Positions 35,398 to 45,149 of a stretch of DNA of 64,000 bases are shown in pieces. A program made the translations under genes and the position numbers. Origin of the DNA: a virus. A model generated the notes under the pieces. It was not told the origin of the DNA. It made no database searches and was given only the letters and a program-made list of their open reading frames with translations. The first letter of the stretch is position 1. The number at the start of each line of letters is the position of its first letter. The DNA is taken from IMG/VR virus record IMGVR_UViG_3300045988_162524, positions 1 through 64,000 of that record; one strand, written 5' to 3'.

Positions 35398-35792
35398 GTT
35401 ATTTAGAAGAGTGTTTTTAATGATTTGACTCTTACAAAATCTCAAATTGAGAATTTATTTCTCTATCTAATGTATATACGTTGAGGTAGGTGTCCTTGTT
35501 CCAGTAGAAGCTCTGTTTATCCTAACAACTTCTGACCTTGCGAGGGCTGTATATATGTTGCATCGGGAGCGTCTGAAATGGACGAGCGTATATCTACTTT
35601 GAAATGAAGCATCAAAGAGTACGGATATAAGGATAAAAAAGTTAAATAACAAACAGGCTAGTCCAATCACCAAGCTATACTATATAGGGTAGCAAGGGAG
35701 ATAAAGGAGCTTCTATATAAAACAGGCAGTGAACACTAATGATATGAGAAAAAGAAAGAATAAATTTCAAATTAAGAAAAACAATATATATT

Positions 35793-36272
35793 ATGAATGA
35801 TAAAAAAACTTTTGTTGTATTCACAGATGGTGGTTGTGATGCAATAAGTAAAATCGGAGCTTCCGCTATTCTTATTATTGATCCCGATATTGATGGTATT
35901 ATCTATGAATGGTCTGATGCTTTTAATGATACTACAAATAACAGAATGGAACTAATAGCTTTTAAAGAAGCTTTAGAAAATCTACCCAATGATTGTGAAG
36001 TAATATTTATGACTGATAGCCAATATTGCATAACAGTTCTAAGTGGAAACAAGTCTGAATATCCTAAGAATATGGATTTAATTAGGAATATTAGGGCTAT
36101 TAGAAGTGAAAAGAATATATCATGTGATTACCATTACGTAAAAGCGCATAATGGTAATAAATGGAATGAGATGGTAGATTCAGCTTGTGAAAGAGCTATC
36201 CAACAGAGGAGAAATGAGATAAGTCCGGGGAATGATAGCAAAGGTTCTTTAATTTCTAAATACGGATATTAA
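35793..36272 (+). CDS. rnhA: ribonuclease H (type 1)
   Basis: FTDGG (Asp), NNRMELIA (Glu), MTDSQYC (Asp), AHNGNKWNEMVDSAC (His/Asp), in canonical order. Confidence 0.9.
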   Translation: MNDKKTFVVFTDGGCDAISKIGASAILIIDPDIDGIIYEWSDAFNDTTNNRMELIAFKEALENLPNDCEVIFMTDSQYCITVLSGNKSEYPKNMDLIRNIRAIRSEKNISCDYHYVKAHNGNKWNEMVDSACERAIQQRRNEISPGNDSKGSLISKYGY

Positions 36273-36320
36273 TCTAATAAACTAATAATATGAGTACATA
36301 TATAACTATAAAATAGAGCC

Positions 36321-36530
36321 ATGAAAGAATTACCGATAGGGACTGAAATAAAACTTCCATTTGTTACTTTAGAAGTAGAAGCAATTGAAGGTATTTGTTG
36401 CGATAAATGTTTTTTTGCAGAAGTTTGTGAAGAAAATGGGGAATTTGTAGCTAAATCTTTTGGAGGTTGTGATGCTTCTGAAAGAGAAGATAGAACCAAT
36501 GTTATATTTAAAGAGATAAGCCATGAATGA
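36321..36530 (+). CDS. small Cys-rich protein
   Basis: 69 aa, GICCDKCFFAEVCEENG...GGCD. Confidence 0.5.
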   Translation: MKELPIGTEIKLPFVTLEVEAIEGICCDKCFFAEVCEENGEFVAKSFGGCDASEREDRTNVIFKEISHE

Positions 36531-36723
36531 ATTTCCACGAAATCCAAAATTCATAGATTTATCAGAGTTGAAAGTCCCTAAAGAAGATTTTGATAATTTA
36601 TTAAGATCAATGTCTAAAGACATCGCTGAAAAACAGATCAATAATATTGTTGAAGAGGTAAATAAAGTGTTATCTAATTATCCTTACCCTGAAAAAGATA
36701 AATCGCATGAAAAAATGGAATAG
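36523..36723 (+). CDS. hypothetical protein
   Basis: 66-aa ORF, 8-nt overlap with its neighbour. Confidence 0.5.
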   Translation: MNEFPRNPKFIDLSELKVPKEDFDNLLRSMSKDIAEKQINNIVEEVNKVLSNYPYPEKDKSHEKME

Positions 36724-36913
36724 AATGATAAAAGACGGATGGAATAATGCAAGGGAGATAAAGCCTAGCAAATATAACACCGTTAATGTCTGTCTTAAAG
36801 ATGGCAGATATACTAATTCCTTTTGGACTGGACGAGAATGGGCTTATAATGTAGAGCCTATCTTATGGAAAGAAATCGAAGAAGTAATAGTACCAATGTG
36901 TAAACGAATTTAA
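36707..36913 (+). CDS. DUF551-like protein
   Basis: DGWNNAREIKPSKYNTVNVCLKDGRYTNSFWTGREW...ILWKEIE resembles the DUF551 pattern. Confidence 0.5.
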   Translation: MKKWNRMIKDGWNNAREIKPSKYNTVNVCLKDGRYTNSFWTGREWAYNVEPILWKEIEEVIVPMCKRI

Positions 36914-36925
36914 TAATAAAAAGCT

Positions 36926-37318
36926 ATGATAAAAGAAATTGTAGAGCAATGGGAAGCTAATAAGCATAAGTTGGAAAAATGGTTTAGAGAAAACAAATTG
37001 AAAGAATGTGATTCATACCTAAAAATAGTAAGTGCTATATTTACGTATGTTATATCTGAATATGATGTGGAAAAGATACATGTAATTGATGATGGCGATT
37101 GGTCAGGTACAGAGATATTCATCATCCCTGAAAAAGATGTATATCAGCCTGGAATAGAAGATTATCTTATGACACATACCTATTATGGTTCTTGTTCCGG
37201 TTGTGATACCTTGTTGAATATATTAGACTTTTGCGAAGAAGATTATCCAAATGAAGAGCAAGTTAAACAATTAATGACTCTCTCTCTTCACCTAATACAA
37301 AGAATAAAACCATTATGA
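36926..37318 (+). CDS. hypothetical protein
   Basis: 130-aa ORF containing YYGSCSGCDTL, a motif common in a phage family I cannot name. Confidence 0.55.
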   Translation: MIKEIVEQWEANKHKLEKWFRENKLKECDSYLKIVSAIFTYVISEYDVEKIHVIDDGDWSGTEIFIIPEKDVYQPGIEDYLMTHTYYGSCSGCDTLLNILDFCEEDYPNEEQVKQLMTLSLHLIQRIKPL

Positions 37319-37635
37319 GAAAATTACCTGAAATAGGAAAGTTTTACGATTGTTATGACGATGGTAAAATACATGAATCTTGGAAGTATAAAGTCAAAAT
37401 AACATCTATTATCCCATTTGAAAAAGCATCGCTTTATTTGCTTACAAAATGGAGAAAGGCACAAAATAGTTATTATTGGATATTTGCAAGAGAAACGGAC
37501 TATTTTATAATTGGACAGAGTTATGAAAGGGAGGATGAAGGGATAATAAGCCAATCTGTTTTTGTTCGTACTAAAGATGGAGAATGGTTTAGTATTGGTG
37601 ATTTTTGGGATAGCGGACTTTTAATCGTAGAATAG
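37315..37635 (+). CDS. hypothetical protein
   Basis: 106-aa ORF with ATGA overlap. Confidence 0.55.
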   Translation: MRKLPEIGKFYDCYDDGKIHESWKYKVKITSIIPFEKASLYLLTKWRKAQNSYYWIFARETDYFIIGQSYEREDEGIISQSVFVRTKDGEWFSIGDFWDSGLLIVE

Positions 37636-37637
37636 TT

Positions 37638-37787
37638 ATGCGAACAGTAATATTACTATCAGCGGCATTAATATCTGAATGTATTAATCCCACTTGTGTA
37701 AATGAAAATATAGATATTTTATCTATATGTATGTTTATTTTTATAGTCATGGATGTTATTGAATTTGTTTTTAAACATTTTAAATGA
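37638..37787 (+). CDS. small membrane protein
   Basis: 49-aa ORF MRTVILLSAALISECINPTC...ICMFIFIVMDVIEFVF, below the track cutoff; fills a gap. Confidence 0.35.
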   Translation: MRTVILLSAALISECINPTCVNENIDILSICMFIFIVMDVIEFVFKHFK

Positions 37788-37798
37788 AATAAATAATC

Positions 37799-38218
37799 AT
37801 GAGAGCAGAAGAATTAAGAATTGGTAATTACGTTAAAATAGATGCAGGAATTGGCAAAATAGTATCTTTAATGAGTAATACATTTTGTAATGAATGTGCT
37901 AATGATGATTACAATATAACAGTAGAAATGGGAGATGATATTTTTAGAGAAGAGGAAGAAGATAAAGTTGAAGGAATTCCTCTGACAGAAGAAATACTCC
38001 TGAATTGTGGATTTGAATATATAAATACCAATAATAAAGTATGTGGTCTTATTTCTCCTGAAAATGGGAATGGGGACAGGTATCGTATCGTACATTTTTT
38101 AGATGGTGATTTTAGAATGGTATTAAATACTTGGAGATATGTTTCTATTAAAAACGTTCATCAACTTCAAAACTTATATTATGCAATTAATGGGAAAGAA
38201 TTAAATATACAATTATGA
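37799..38218 (+). CDS. hypothetical protein, paralogue family A copy 1
   Basis: EELRIGNYV...EGIPLTEEILLNCGFE...VHQLQNLYYAINGKELNIQL. Paralogue at 44339-44764. Confidence 0.6.
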   Translation: MRAEELRIGNYVKIDAGIGKIVSLMSNTFCNECANDDYNITVEMGDDIFREEEEDKVEGIPLTEEILLNCGFEYINTNNKVCGLISPENGNGDRYRIVHFLDGDFRMVLNTWRYVSIKNVHQLQNLYYAINGKELNIQL

Positions 38219-38445
38219 AAACAACAGAAGAAATAATAAATTTAGTATCTAAAGCACTTGAACCACGTCCAATAAAATGGGTTGATATAAACAATGATAA
38301 TGTTAGATTCATGTATTTTGGAGTTACTTTTAGAGTAACTAAAGAGTTATGTGTAGATGAAGTAAAAGAACTATGCCTACATCGGACTTTAGCCGCAATT
38401 TTGCTTGAATTATTGTTGAAAAAAGAAGATAAACATGAAAACTAA
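38215..38445 (+). CDS. hypothetical protein
   Basis: 76-aa ORF with ATGA overlap. Confidence 0.5.
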   Translation: MKTTEEIINLVSKALEPRPIKWVDINNDNVRFMYFGVTFRVTKELCVDEVKELCLHRTLAAILLELLLKKEDKHEN

Positions 38446-38749
38446 TATTTACTACTTATTTTTAGCACTAATTGCGTTATTACTAATGTCATGTGAAGAA
38501 GCACCACGAACTGAAAAAGATTCAGTTATAGAGTATGATGTGATTGAAATTGATTCATGTGAGTATATTATGGCTTCAAATCCGAAACGTGTGGCTGGAA
38601 GAAAAGTAATAAGTATAGCACATAAGGGTAATTGCAAGTATTGCAAAGAAAGGAATAGTACAGAAATTAAACAGAAGATTGATGCTAATACAGAACATAA
38701 GACTGTTACTGATACTATTCTAATTTATAAATACATTAAACAAGAATAA
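38435..38749 (+). CDS. putative lipoprotein
   Basis: Signal peptide plus lipobox: MKTNIYYLFLALIALLLMSCEE. Confidence 0.6.
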   Translation: MKTNIYYLFLALIALLLMSCEEAPRTEKDSVIEYDVIEIDSCEYIMASNPKRVAGRKVISIAHKGNCKYCKERNSTEIKQKIDANTEHKTVTDTILIYKYIKQE

Positions 38750-38750
38750 A

Positions 38751-39029
38751 ATGAATATAGATAAATTAATAGATGATGCTATTGAAAGCTATGATACATA
38801 TCTACGCTACTGCAACCATCTAGCTGTGGAGGCACAAAGATATATCGACTTTGACAATTTTGTTTCTTGCGAATATATCAATGGTGTAGGACTTAGTATA
38901 TTGGTAACGTTACCTGAAACTGATGATTATACTATTCCCGAATGTGTATGTCCTGTAGTAGGATTCTTTGAATATGCCAAAGATAAGGACAAACTATCAG
39001 TAGATGACATTAAAAGACTATCATTATGA
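38751..39029 (+). CDS. hypothetical protein
   Basis: 92-aa ORF. Confidence 0.5.
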   Translation: MNIDKLIDDAIESYDTYLRYCNHLAVEAQRYIDFDNFVSCEYINGVGLSILVTLPETDDYTIPECVCPVVGFFEYAKDKDKLSVDDIKRLSL

Positions 39030-39241
39030 AAACAGAATCAAGTTCAGTAAATCCATATAATGGAATGTTCGGGCAGCAGGGATGGATTTGCCCGAAGTGT
39101 GGGAGAGTTTATTCACCTTTTACTCAAATGTGTCTGTATTGTAAACCAAATAATACAACAAATATTTCTAATCTTGGTAACAGAACTAATAATATTGTCA
39201 GTGAAGAAGAACTAAGAGAAAACCGTAAAACGATAAAATAA
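39026..39241 (+). CDS. zinc-ribbon protein
   Basis: CPKCGRVYSPFTQMCLYC (CxxC...CxxC). Confidence 0.55.
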   Translation: MKTESSSVNPYNGMFGQQGWICPKCGRVYSPFTQMCLYCKPNNTTNISNLGNRTNNIVSEEELRENRKTIK

Positions 39242-39322
39242 CGAATTAAATAGCCTTGGACGGGCTTTGTAAAATCCTTAAACATTATTACATTTGAACA
39301 AGAAGTTGTAGAAAACAAAAGA

Positions 39323-39532
39323 TTGCGTCAAGAAATTGATGCTAAGATTCAAGAAGTGAAAGACCTTCCAGTAAGTCGTGAACGTAGCCTTACTATCACA
39401 AAATTACAAGAAGCTGTTATGTGGCTCGGTATGGATTTGAAACGACTGGGTACTGATAATCCTTATCCATCAAGTAAAGACCCTTCAACGGGAACAGTTA
39501 TAGAACCTACCGCTGATGGATTGAAGCTATGA
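39323..39532 (+). CDS. hypothetical protein
   Basis: TTG-start ORF; the frame is open from 39254, so the start is uncertain. ...SRERSLTITKLQEAVMWL... is a motif seen in many phages. Confidence 0.45.
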   Translation: MRQEIDAKIQEVKDLPVSRERSLTITKLQEAVMWLGMDLKRLGTDNPYPSSKDPSTGTVIEPTADGLKL

Positions 39533-39804
39533 TTACTCAACAACACATTGATGCACTTAAAAAGTACCTTGGGGAAGAAAACCTAAGGTACTTCCGACAC
39601 TTGAAAGGTTTGAAAGGATGCGTATTCCCCGTCCTAAGGTTGAATTTCAATAGAAAACACATTCCGTTTCATCCTGTAGGATTGAGGGAAGGTATGCAAA
39701 TAAGAAATTGGATGCGTGCGAATTTTCCTGAATTCAGAAAGCTATCTCAAGACAAGATTGAGAAATATTCTAAGGAATTGGTAGAAAAAGCAATAATAAA
39801 TTGA
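39529..39804 (+). CDS. hypothetical protein
   Basis: 91-aa ORF with ATGA overlap. Confidence 0.5.
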   Translation: MITQQHIDALKKYLGEENLRYFRHLKGLKGCVFPVLRLNFNRKHIPFHPVGLREGMQIRNWMRANFPEFRKLSQDKIEKYSKELVEKAIIN

Positions 39805-39832
39805 CATAAAACAAATAAGAAAGGAATTAATC

Positions 39833-40558
39833 ATGAAATATATGGGAAGTAAGGCAAGAATAGCTAAAGAACTTTTGCCTATAATACTAAAAGATAGATT
39901 AGAGAGACAATATTACGTAGAGCCATTTTGCGGTGGATGCAATATCATGGATAAGGTAGATGGGAATAGAATTGCCAATGATAGCAACTCTTATCTTATA
40001 AGTATGTGGAAAAGTTTGACTACCGGATGGCAGCCTCCATTAATAATAGAACGAGATTTTTATAATGAAGTTAGAAATTGTTACAACACGAAAAACGGTT
40101 TGTTCAATGATGATTTAATTGGATGGGTTGTTTTTATGGGAAGTTATAACGGACGTTTTTTTGATGGAGGATATTCAGGACATTCAGTAAAAATAAATGG
40201 AGGCTTCCGTGATTATATTGGAGAGTCAATTAGGAATATCTTACATCAAGTGGACAGTTTGAAGGGTGTTTCTTTTTTAAGTGTAGATTATAAAGACCTA
40301 GTATTACCATCATGCTCAATAATTTACTGCGATCCACCTTATAATGGAGTCAAAAAATACAATTATTCTATAAATAACGAAGAGTTTTGGAATTGGTGCA
40401 GGAGCAAAGTTGATGAAGGACATAAAGTATTTGTTTCAGAATATAACGCACCTAACGATTTTGTGTGTATTTGGGAACATACTGTTAAAACTGCAATAAA
40501 TCAAATAATAACAAAACATGCTACTGAAAAACTGTTTATACATAATTCACAAGTTTAA
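39833..40558 (+). CDS. dam: DNA N6-adenine methyltransferase (Dam/D12 class)
   Basis: MKYMGSKARIAKELLP N-terminus, VEPFCGGCNI (SAM-binding motif), YCDPPYNG (DPPY). Confidence 0.9.
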   Translation: MKYMGSKARIAKELLPIILKDRLERQYYVEPFCGGCNIMDKVDGNRIANDSNSYLISMWKSLTTGWQPPLIIERDFYNEVRNCYNTKNGLFNDDLIGWVVFMGSYNGRFFDGGYSGHSVKINGGFRDYIGESIRNILHQVDSLKGVSFLSVDYKDLVLPSCSIIYCDPPYNGVKKYNYSINNEEFWNWCRSKVDEGHKVFVSEYNAPNDFVCIWEHTVKTAINQIITKHATEKLFIHNSQV

Positions 40559-40586
40559 CTAAAAATAAAATAGAAAGGGGACTAAT

Positions 40587-40778
40587 ATGTATGTAGCAAG
40601 AGACAAAGACGGTGATTTGTATCTTTATAAAAAGCAACCCGTGAAGTATTCGGAAAGTTGGCAATTATGTAGTGACAATCCCCATGATTTCTATAAGCTA
40701 GACTCTTCTTTATTCCCCGAAGTAAAATGGGAAGATGAAGAGCCGACAGAAGTTGAATTGGTAAAGAAAGGAAAATAA
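40587..40778 (+). CDS. hypothetical protein
   Basis: 63-aa ORF. Confidence 0.5.
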   Translation: MYVARDKDGDLYLYKKQPVKYSESWQLCSDNPHDFYKLDSSLFPEVKWEDEEPTEVELVKKGK

Positions 40779-40780
40779 CT

Positions 40781-40984
40781 ATGAAAAATAGAAAAAAGTT
40801 AGCAATAGCAATCCTCTGTCGTGCTTATCTCCATATTCATGGATTTATTACAGATAGTGAAAATAGAAGAATACACAATAAAATTATGAAATGGCAGAAT
40901 GAAAATAAGGTATCTATTTCAGAAGCGCAATTGGATTCTGCTGATTTCATTTATGATGATAACGCTAAAGAAGAGGAGAAATAA
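40781..40984 (+). CDS. hypothetical protein
   Basis: 67-aa ORF. Confidence 0.5.
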   Translation: MKNRKKLAIAILCRAYLHIHGFITDSENRRIHNKIMKWQNENKVSISEAQLDSADFIYDDNAKEEEK

Positions 40985-40986
40985 CT

Positions 40987-41442
40987 ATGGGATTTACAAC
41001 ACCGTGTATCATTCGTAAAAATACCACCAAGATTAGAGATAGATTAAAAGAGCTTGACTACAATTGCAATCCATATTTAGGTTGGCATAATCTATATACT
41101 ACTATACATGGATATGCTTCGGTTTATTCAATGAACGATGATGATATAAATGTTCTCTCTAAAAAAATAGATAGTTTTATTGATTGCGGAACTAATGAAG
41201 AACTTTTCTTGGCAATAGCCGCATTACGGGATGATACAGATGAAAATCAATGGTTCATAGCAGATTCACTGCTTAGTGTTTCTTATGATGATACTGTGGG
41301 TAACGACCATTATTTCATAGAACCAAAAGGCAGTATGTTCTTTTGGGATATAAACTGGATGAATGCAACAATCATTTCAGGTAATTTCCATAAGGCTACC
41401 GTAGAAGAGCTAATCAAACACTTTAAAGAAAAGGAGGAATAA
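40987..41442 (+). CDS. hypothetical protein, paralogue family B copy 1
   Basis: MGFTTPCIIRKNTTKIRDRLKELDY...IDCGTNEELFLAIAALRDDTDENQWF...HKATVEELI. Paralogue at 54180-54641. Confidence 0.6.
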   Translation: MGFTTPCIIRKNTTKIRDRLKELDYNCNPYLGWHNLYTTIHGYASVYSMNDDDINVLSKKIDSFIDCGTNEELFLAIAALRDDTDENQWFIADSLLSVSYDDTVGNDHYFIEPKGSMFFWDINWMNATIISGNFHKATVEELIKHFKEKEE

Positions 41443-41443
41443 A

Positions 41444-41734
41444 ATGGAAGATAAACTTATAACGATAAACACTTTGAATATATTATTGCAAAAAGGCTTT
41501 AACTATTATCATTTCCCAACACAATCATTAGCCCAGAAATGGCTTCGTGAAACAAATAACCTACATATTTCCATCATTAGAAACGCTTGCGGTTATGGCT
41601 ATGATATATGCAAAGCTGACAATGGAACTCATATAACCGATGGAATATTTAATGGTCCTAACGATGGTGGTCAGTGGGACACCTACGAAGAAGCATTGGA
41701 AGCTGGAATACAGAAAGCAATTGAACTAATATAA
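41444..41734 (+). CDS. hypothetical protein
   Basis: 96-aa ORF with AGGAGG 6 nt upstream. Confidence 0.55.
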   Translation: MEDKLITINTLNILLQKGFNYYHFPTQSLAQKWLRETNNLHISIIRNACGYGYDICKADNGTHITDGIFNGPNDGGQWDTYEEALEAGIQKAIELI

Positions 41735-41745
41735 AATACAAAATT

Positions 41746-42120
41746 ATGAAACCATTTGATTTAGAAAAAGCAAAAGCAGGTGCGCCTCTATGCACAAGAG
41801 AAGGATTTAGAGCTAGAATTATATGTTTTGATGCAGATAACGATAGATTCCCTATTGTTGCTCTACTTAAAGGAGATAATGGCAAAGAATATCCCGTTTC
41901 TTTTACTAAAGAAGGACGATTTTCTGATGGGGAAGTAGACTCCTCAAATGATTTGTTAATGGAGGGAATAAAGAAAGAAGGATGGATAAATATATATGAA
42001 ACAGTCAGTGAAAGATGTATTGGAGCGGTTCACAAATCAAAAGAAGAAGCCATGCGTGTGAAAGTCAATGAAAAAGGTGTTACATACAAAGATACGGTTA
42101 GAGTAGAATGGGAGGAATGA
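41746..42120 (+). CDS. hypothetical protein
   Basis: 124-aa ORF. Confidence 0.55.
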   Translation: MKPFDLEKAKAGAPLCTREGFRARIICFDADNDRFPIVALLKGDNGKEYPVSFTKEGRFSDGEVDSSNDLLMEGIKKEGWINIYETVSERCIGAVHKSKEEAMRVKVNEKGVTYKDTVRVEWEE

Positions 42121-42121
42121 T

Positions 42122-42378
42122 ATGTATGATTATGAAAAGATGAAAGCTGAAATGTTTGAAGGTGGCAATACTAGCAAATATTCCAAATTATATACTATTG
42201 TTGTTGCCACATGTATTAAAAAGGTACATTTACAATAGGAGAAGTATTAAATGAAGTGTGTGGTGATAGTTGGGAAGTGATGTGTTGTATAGAATTCATG
42301 GAAAAATTTGGTTTTCTAAGAGAAATACCTTCTTTAGGGAATATAGCACAAGATAGGAGATTTGTTTCATTAATATAA
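42122..42378 (+). CDS. hypothetical protein encoded in two frames (-1 shift at A5G, 42218-42223)
   Basis: The 0 frame stops at TAG 42236-42238 after 38 codons. The -1 frame is open from 42220 to TAA 42376-42378. The joined product reads ...VVATCIKKGTFTIGEVLNEVCGDSWEVMCCIEFMEKFGFLREI... Confidence 0.45.
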
Positions 42379-42387
42379 AAATAGTTT

Positions 42388-44337
42388 ATGAAAAAAGTAA
42401 TTTTAAAAAAGCTTATTCTCCAAAATTGGAGAAAACAAAACAAGGAAATATCTTTTAATGAAGATATTACTAAAGTATATGGTCAAAATAAAGCAGGTAA
42501 GTCCTCTCTTCGTCATGCATTCCTATGGCTTATTACAGGATATGATGGGGAAAATAGAATGAACTATAATTTGTTCGATAATACTAAAACATATACACCA
42601 GAAGATTCTCCTGCTGCTGTCGTTGAGGCTATCATCGAGGCAAATGGATATGAATATTCATTAAAAAAAACAGCAGAGGTTGGATGGATTAGAAGAAGAG
42701 GTAGTAATACTTATGAGAGGAAAGGAACAGATGATTATAAGTTCTTTATTGATGGAGTAGAATTAAGTGCCGGAAAGTATAAAGAAAAGGTTGCAGATTT
42801 ATTTTGTGATTTGGAAGTTCTTCGCTCTATTTTGGATATTAATTACTTTTTATATTTAGATTGGAAAGAACAACGCAAATATCTTGCTGTAATGGCAGGT
42901 GAAATAACAGACAACGACTTAACGGGTAATTACAAGGAATTATTAGAGCAACTAGAGAAATATTCACTCTCTGAATTAAAAGCCCGAATTTCGTCAGATA
43001 TTAAACCTCTAAAAGACTCTCTTAAATCCCTTCCTCTTACGATAAAAACTTTGGAGGAAAATCTGCCAAATGTAGAAGAGGCGGAAAGTGCTAAGAAAGT
43101 CATAGAAGATTATAAAAATCAAATTTCGGATATAGATAAAGAATTACAAGGAAGTGCTGAATCTATTAAACCTCTAATAGAAAAGAGAAATAAAGATTTG
43201 CAAGAAATATCTGATTGGGAACGGAATATTAGAACTGAAAAAGAAAAATACGATGAAGAACAGAATAAGATTCCAGCTTCTATTCTTTCTAAAATATGTT
43301 CTGTAACAGAAGAGAATAAAAATATAGATAAGAAAAACGAAGAAAACCAAAGAAAAAGAAAAGAACTATCTAATAAAATAAAATCATTAAATATAGATTT
43401 AGGAATTCTAAATGAAAGAAGAAATAACCTATTAACTAAATTGGATGAATGTTTGGAAAAGGAATTTTCAGCAGATAAATGTTCTTATTGTGGACAAACT
43501 CTTCCTAATGACAAATTAGAATTATTAAAAAAGGAGTTCTATAAACAAGTAGAAATAGAAAAAGAAAATATAATAAAAGAAGGGTTGAATGTAAAAGCAA
43601 GAATTGATGATGTAACTAAAATAATTGCAGAATGTGAAGCGAATCTTGCTGATATTCCGACTACTCTTTTGGGGAAGAAAGATCTGTCTGCTTTACAAAA
43701 AGAATATGATGAAGTTCAACAAAATGTTATCCCGTTTGAGCAAACTGAAAAATATAAATCATTAGTTAGCTTATTGGAAGAAAAGAAAAAGACAATAACA
43801 ACTATTCCTGAACAAGATAATTCAGGTTTACTTTCCATGAAAAAGGCTTTGATGTCGAATATTGAAGAGGAAAGCAAAAAAATGGGACTTATTGATGAGC
43901 GCAAAAAACAAGAGAAAAAAATAGAAGAATTTAAGAAACAACTGAAAGATACTGCCAATGCTTTAGCAGAACAAGAAAAGTTAGATAATCAAATTAAAAC
44001 ATACGAAGAAGAAAGAGCTAAGATTATTTCTGATAGAGTAAATAAATTCTTCAAACGGTGCAATATTACCATGATGTCGCAGGATAAATCCGGTGTTTGG
44101 ATTCCTGATTGCGTGATTACTGGAATAGATGGAGCAATTGCTGCTACATCAAATGGTGCAGAAAGAATACTTATTGGTATTGATATTGCAAATGCTTTTG
44201 CAGATTTCTTCAATGTAAGTTTGCCTCTGTTTGTTGATGATATGAATCTAATAGATTCTAGCAATGAAATAAAAACTTGCCATCAATTAATCGAATTAAT
44301 AGTAAATGACAGTGATAATGAATTAAGAGTTGAATAA
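42388..44337 (+). CDS. Rad50/SbcC-like SMC-type ATPase with zinc hook
   Basis: Walker A GQNKAGKSS near the N-terminus, ~450 aa of Lys/Glu-rich coiled coil with a central CSYCGQ (CxxC hook), Walker B LPLFVDDMN near the C-terminus. Confidence 0.75.
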   Translation: MKKVILKKLILQNWRKQNKEISFNEDITKVYGQNKAGKSSLRHAFLWLITGYDGENRMNYNLFDNTKTYTPEDSPAAVVEAIIEANGYEYSLKKTAEVGWIRRRGSNTYERKGTDDYKFFIDGVELSAGKYKEKVADLFCDLEVLRSILDINYFLYLDWKEQRKYLAVMAGEITDNDLTGNYKELLEQLEKYSLSELKARISSDIKPLKDSLKSLPLTIKTLEENLPNVEEAESAKKVIEDYKNQISDIDKELQGSAESIKPLIEKRNKDLQEISDWERNIRTEKEKYDEEQNKIPASILSKICSVTEENKNIDKKNEENQRKRKELSNKIKSLNIDLGILNERRNNLLTKLDECLEKEFSADKCSYCGQTLPNDKLELLKKEFYKQVEIEKENIIKEGLNVKARIDDVTKIIAECEANLADIPTTLLGKKDLSALQKEYDEVQQNVIPFEQTEKYKSLVSLLEEKKKTITTIPEQDNSGLLSMKKALMSNIEEESKKMGLIDERKKQEKKIEEFKKQLKDTANALAEQEKLDNQIKTYEEERAKIISDRVNKFFKRCNITMMSQDKSGVWIPDCVITGIDGAIAATSNGAERILIGIDIANAFADFFNVSLPLFVDDMNLIDSSNEIKTCHQLIELIVNDSDNELRVE

Positions 44338-44338
44338 C

Positions 44339-44764
44339 ATGGAAATAAATGAATTAAGAGTTGGGAATTATGTCAGCTATAATGGATTAAATTTAGAAGT
44401 ATATTCTTTTGAAAATAAATATCCAAGAAGTGAAAAGAGATACGACAATACAATTCTTGTAGATTTGCTTTTTGATGGATTTATTACCGCAATATTACAT
44501 GAAGTTAAAGGTATTCCTCTAACAGAAGAAATACTTTTAAATTGCGGATTTGAGAAAATAAATCATATTTGTGGATATTCTTTTTATTCTTTTAATAGAA
44601 AGAGTTTAAAAGATATAAATGCTTACATGCCATTATACATATACCTTAACCCTAATTGTGCTAAAATAGCTGATTTCACAGTTAAACAGAATGTAGAATA
44701 CGTCCACCAATTACAAAACTTATTTTTTGCAATTAATGGAAAAGAATTAAATATTAATCTTTAA
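44339..44764 (+). CDS. hypothetical protein, paralogue family A copy 2
   Basis: MEINELRVGNYV...KGIPLTEEILLNCGFE...VHQLQNLFFAINGKELNINL. ATG 44339 preferred over TTG 44330. Confidence 0.6.
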   Translation: MEINELRVGNYVSYNGLNLEVYSFENKYPRSEKRYDNTILVDLLFDGFITAILHEVKGIPLTEEILLNCGFEKINHICGYSFYSFNRKSLKDINAYMPLYIYLNPNCAKIADFTVKQNVEYVHQLQNLFFAINGKELNINL

Positions 44765-44775
44765 AACTAAAAGTT

Positions 44776-45141
44776 ATGAATGAAATTTTTAATCGTGTTT
44801 ATTTTAATGGTAGCGAACTTAGTTACGAAGTTAACGGGGTTGAAGTTATAAATGGTGATTTTCCTGATAAATATAATTTAAAAGGAGATTATTTAATTAG
44901 CGGAGAAGATCTAGCTGCTATCACGGTTGCTCTGAATAACAATAAGGGGGTTATTTCTAAAATAGATATTAATGGTTATCGTTTTAATATCTTGATTGAA
45001 GATTCAGATAATATAATGAAAAAAATTAAAGAAGAACTAGAAGAACTAGAAGCAAAGAAAAAAATATATGAAGAATTATACATTAAATACATTCATTTCA
45101 ACAATCTTCCGTGGTATGAACGTATATTTAAAAAAATATAA
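44776..45141 (+). CDS. hypothetical protein
   Basis: 121-aa ORF. Confidence 0.55.
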   Translation: MNEIFNRVYFNGSELSYEVNGVEVINGDFPDKYNLKGDYLISGEDLAAITVALNNNKGVISKIDINGYRFNILIEDSDNIMKKIKEELEELEAKKKIYEELYIKYIHFNNLPWYERIFKKI

Positions 45142-45149
45142 ATAGGAAA

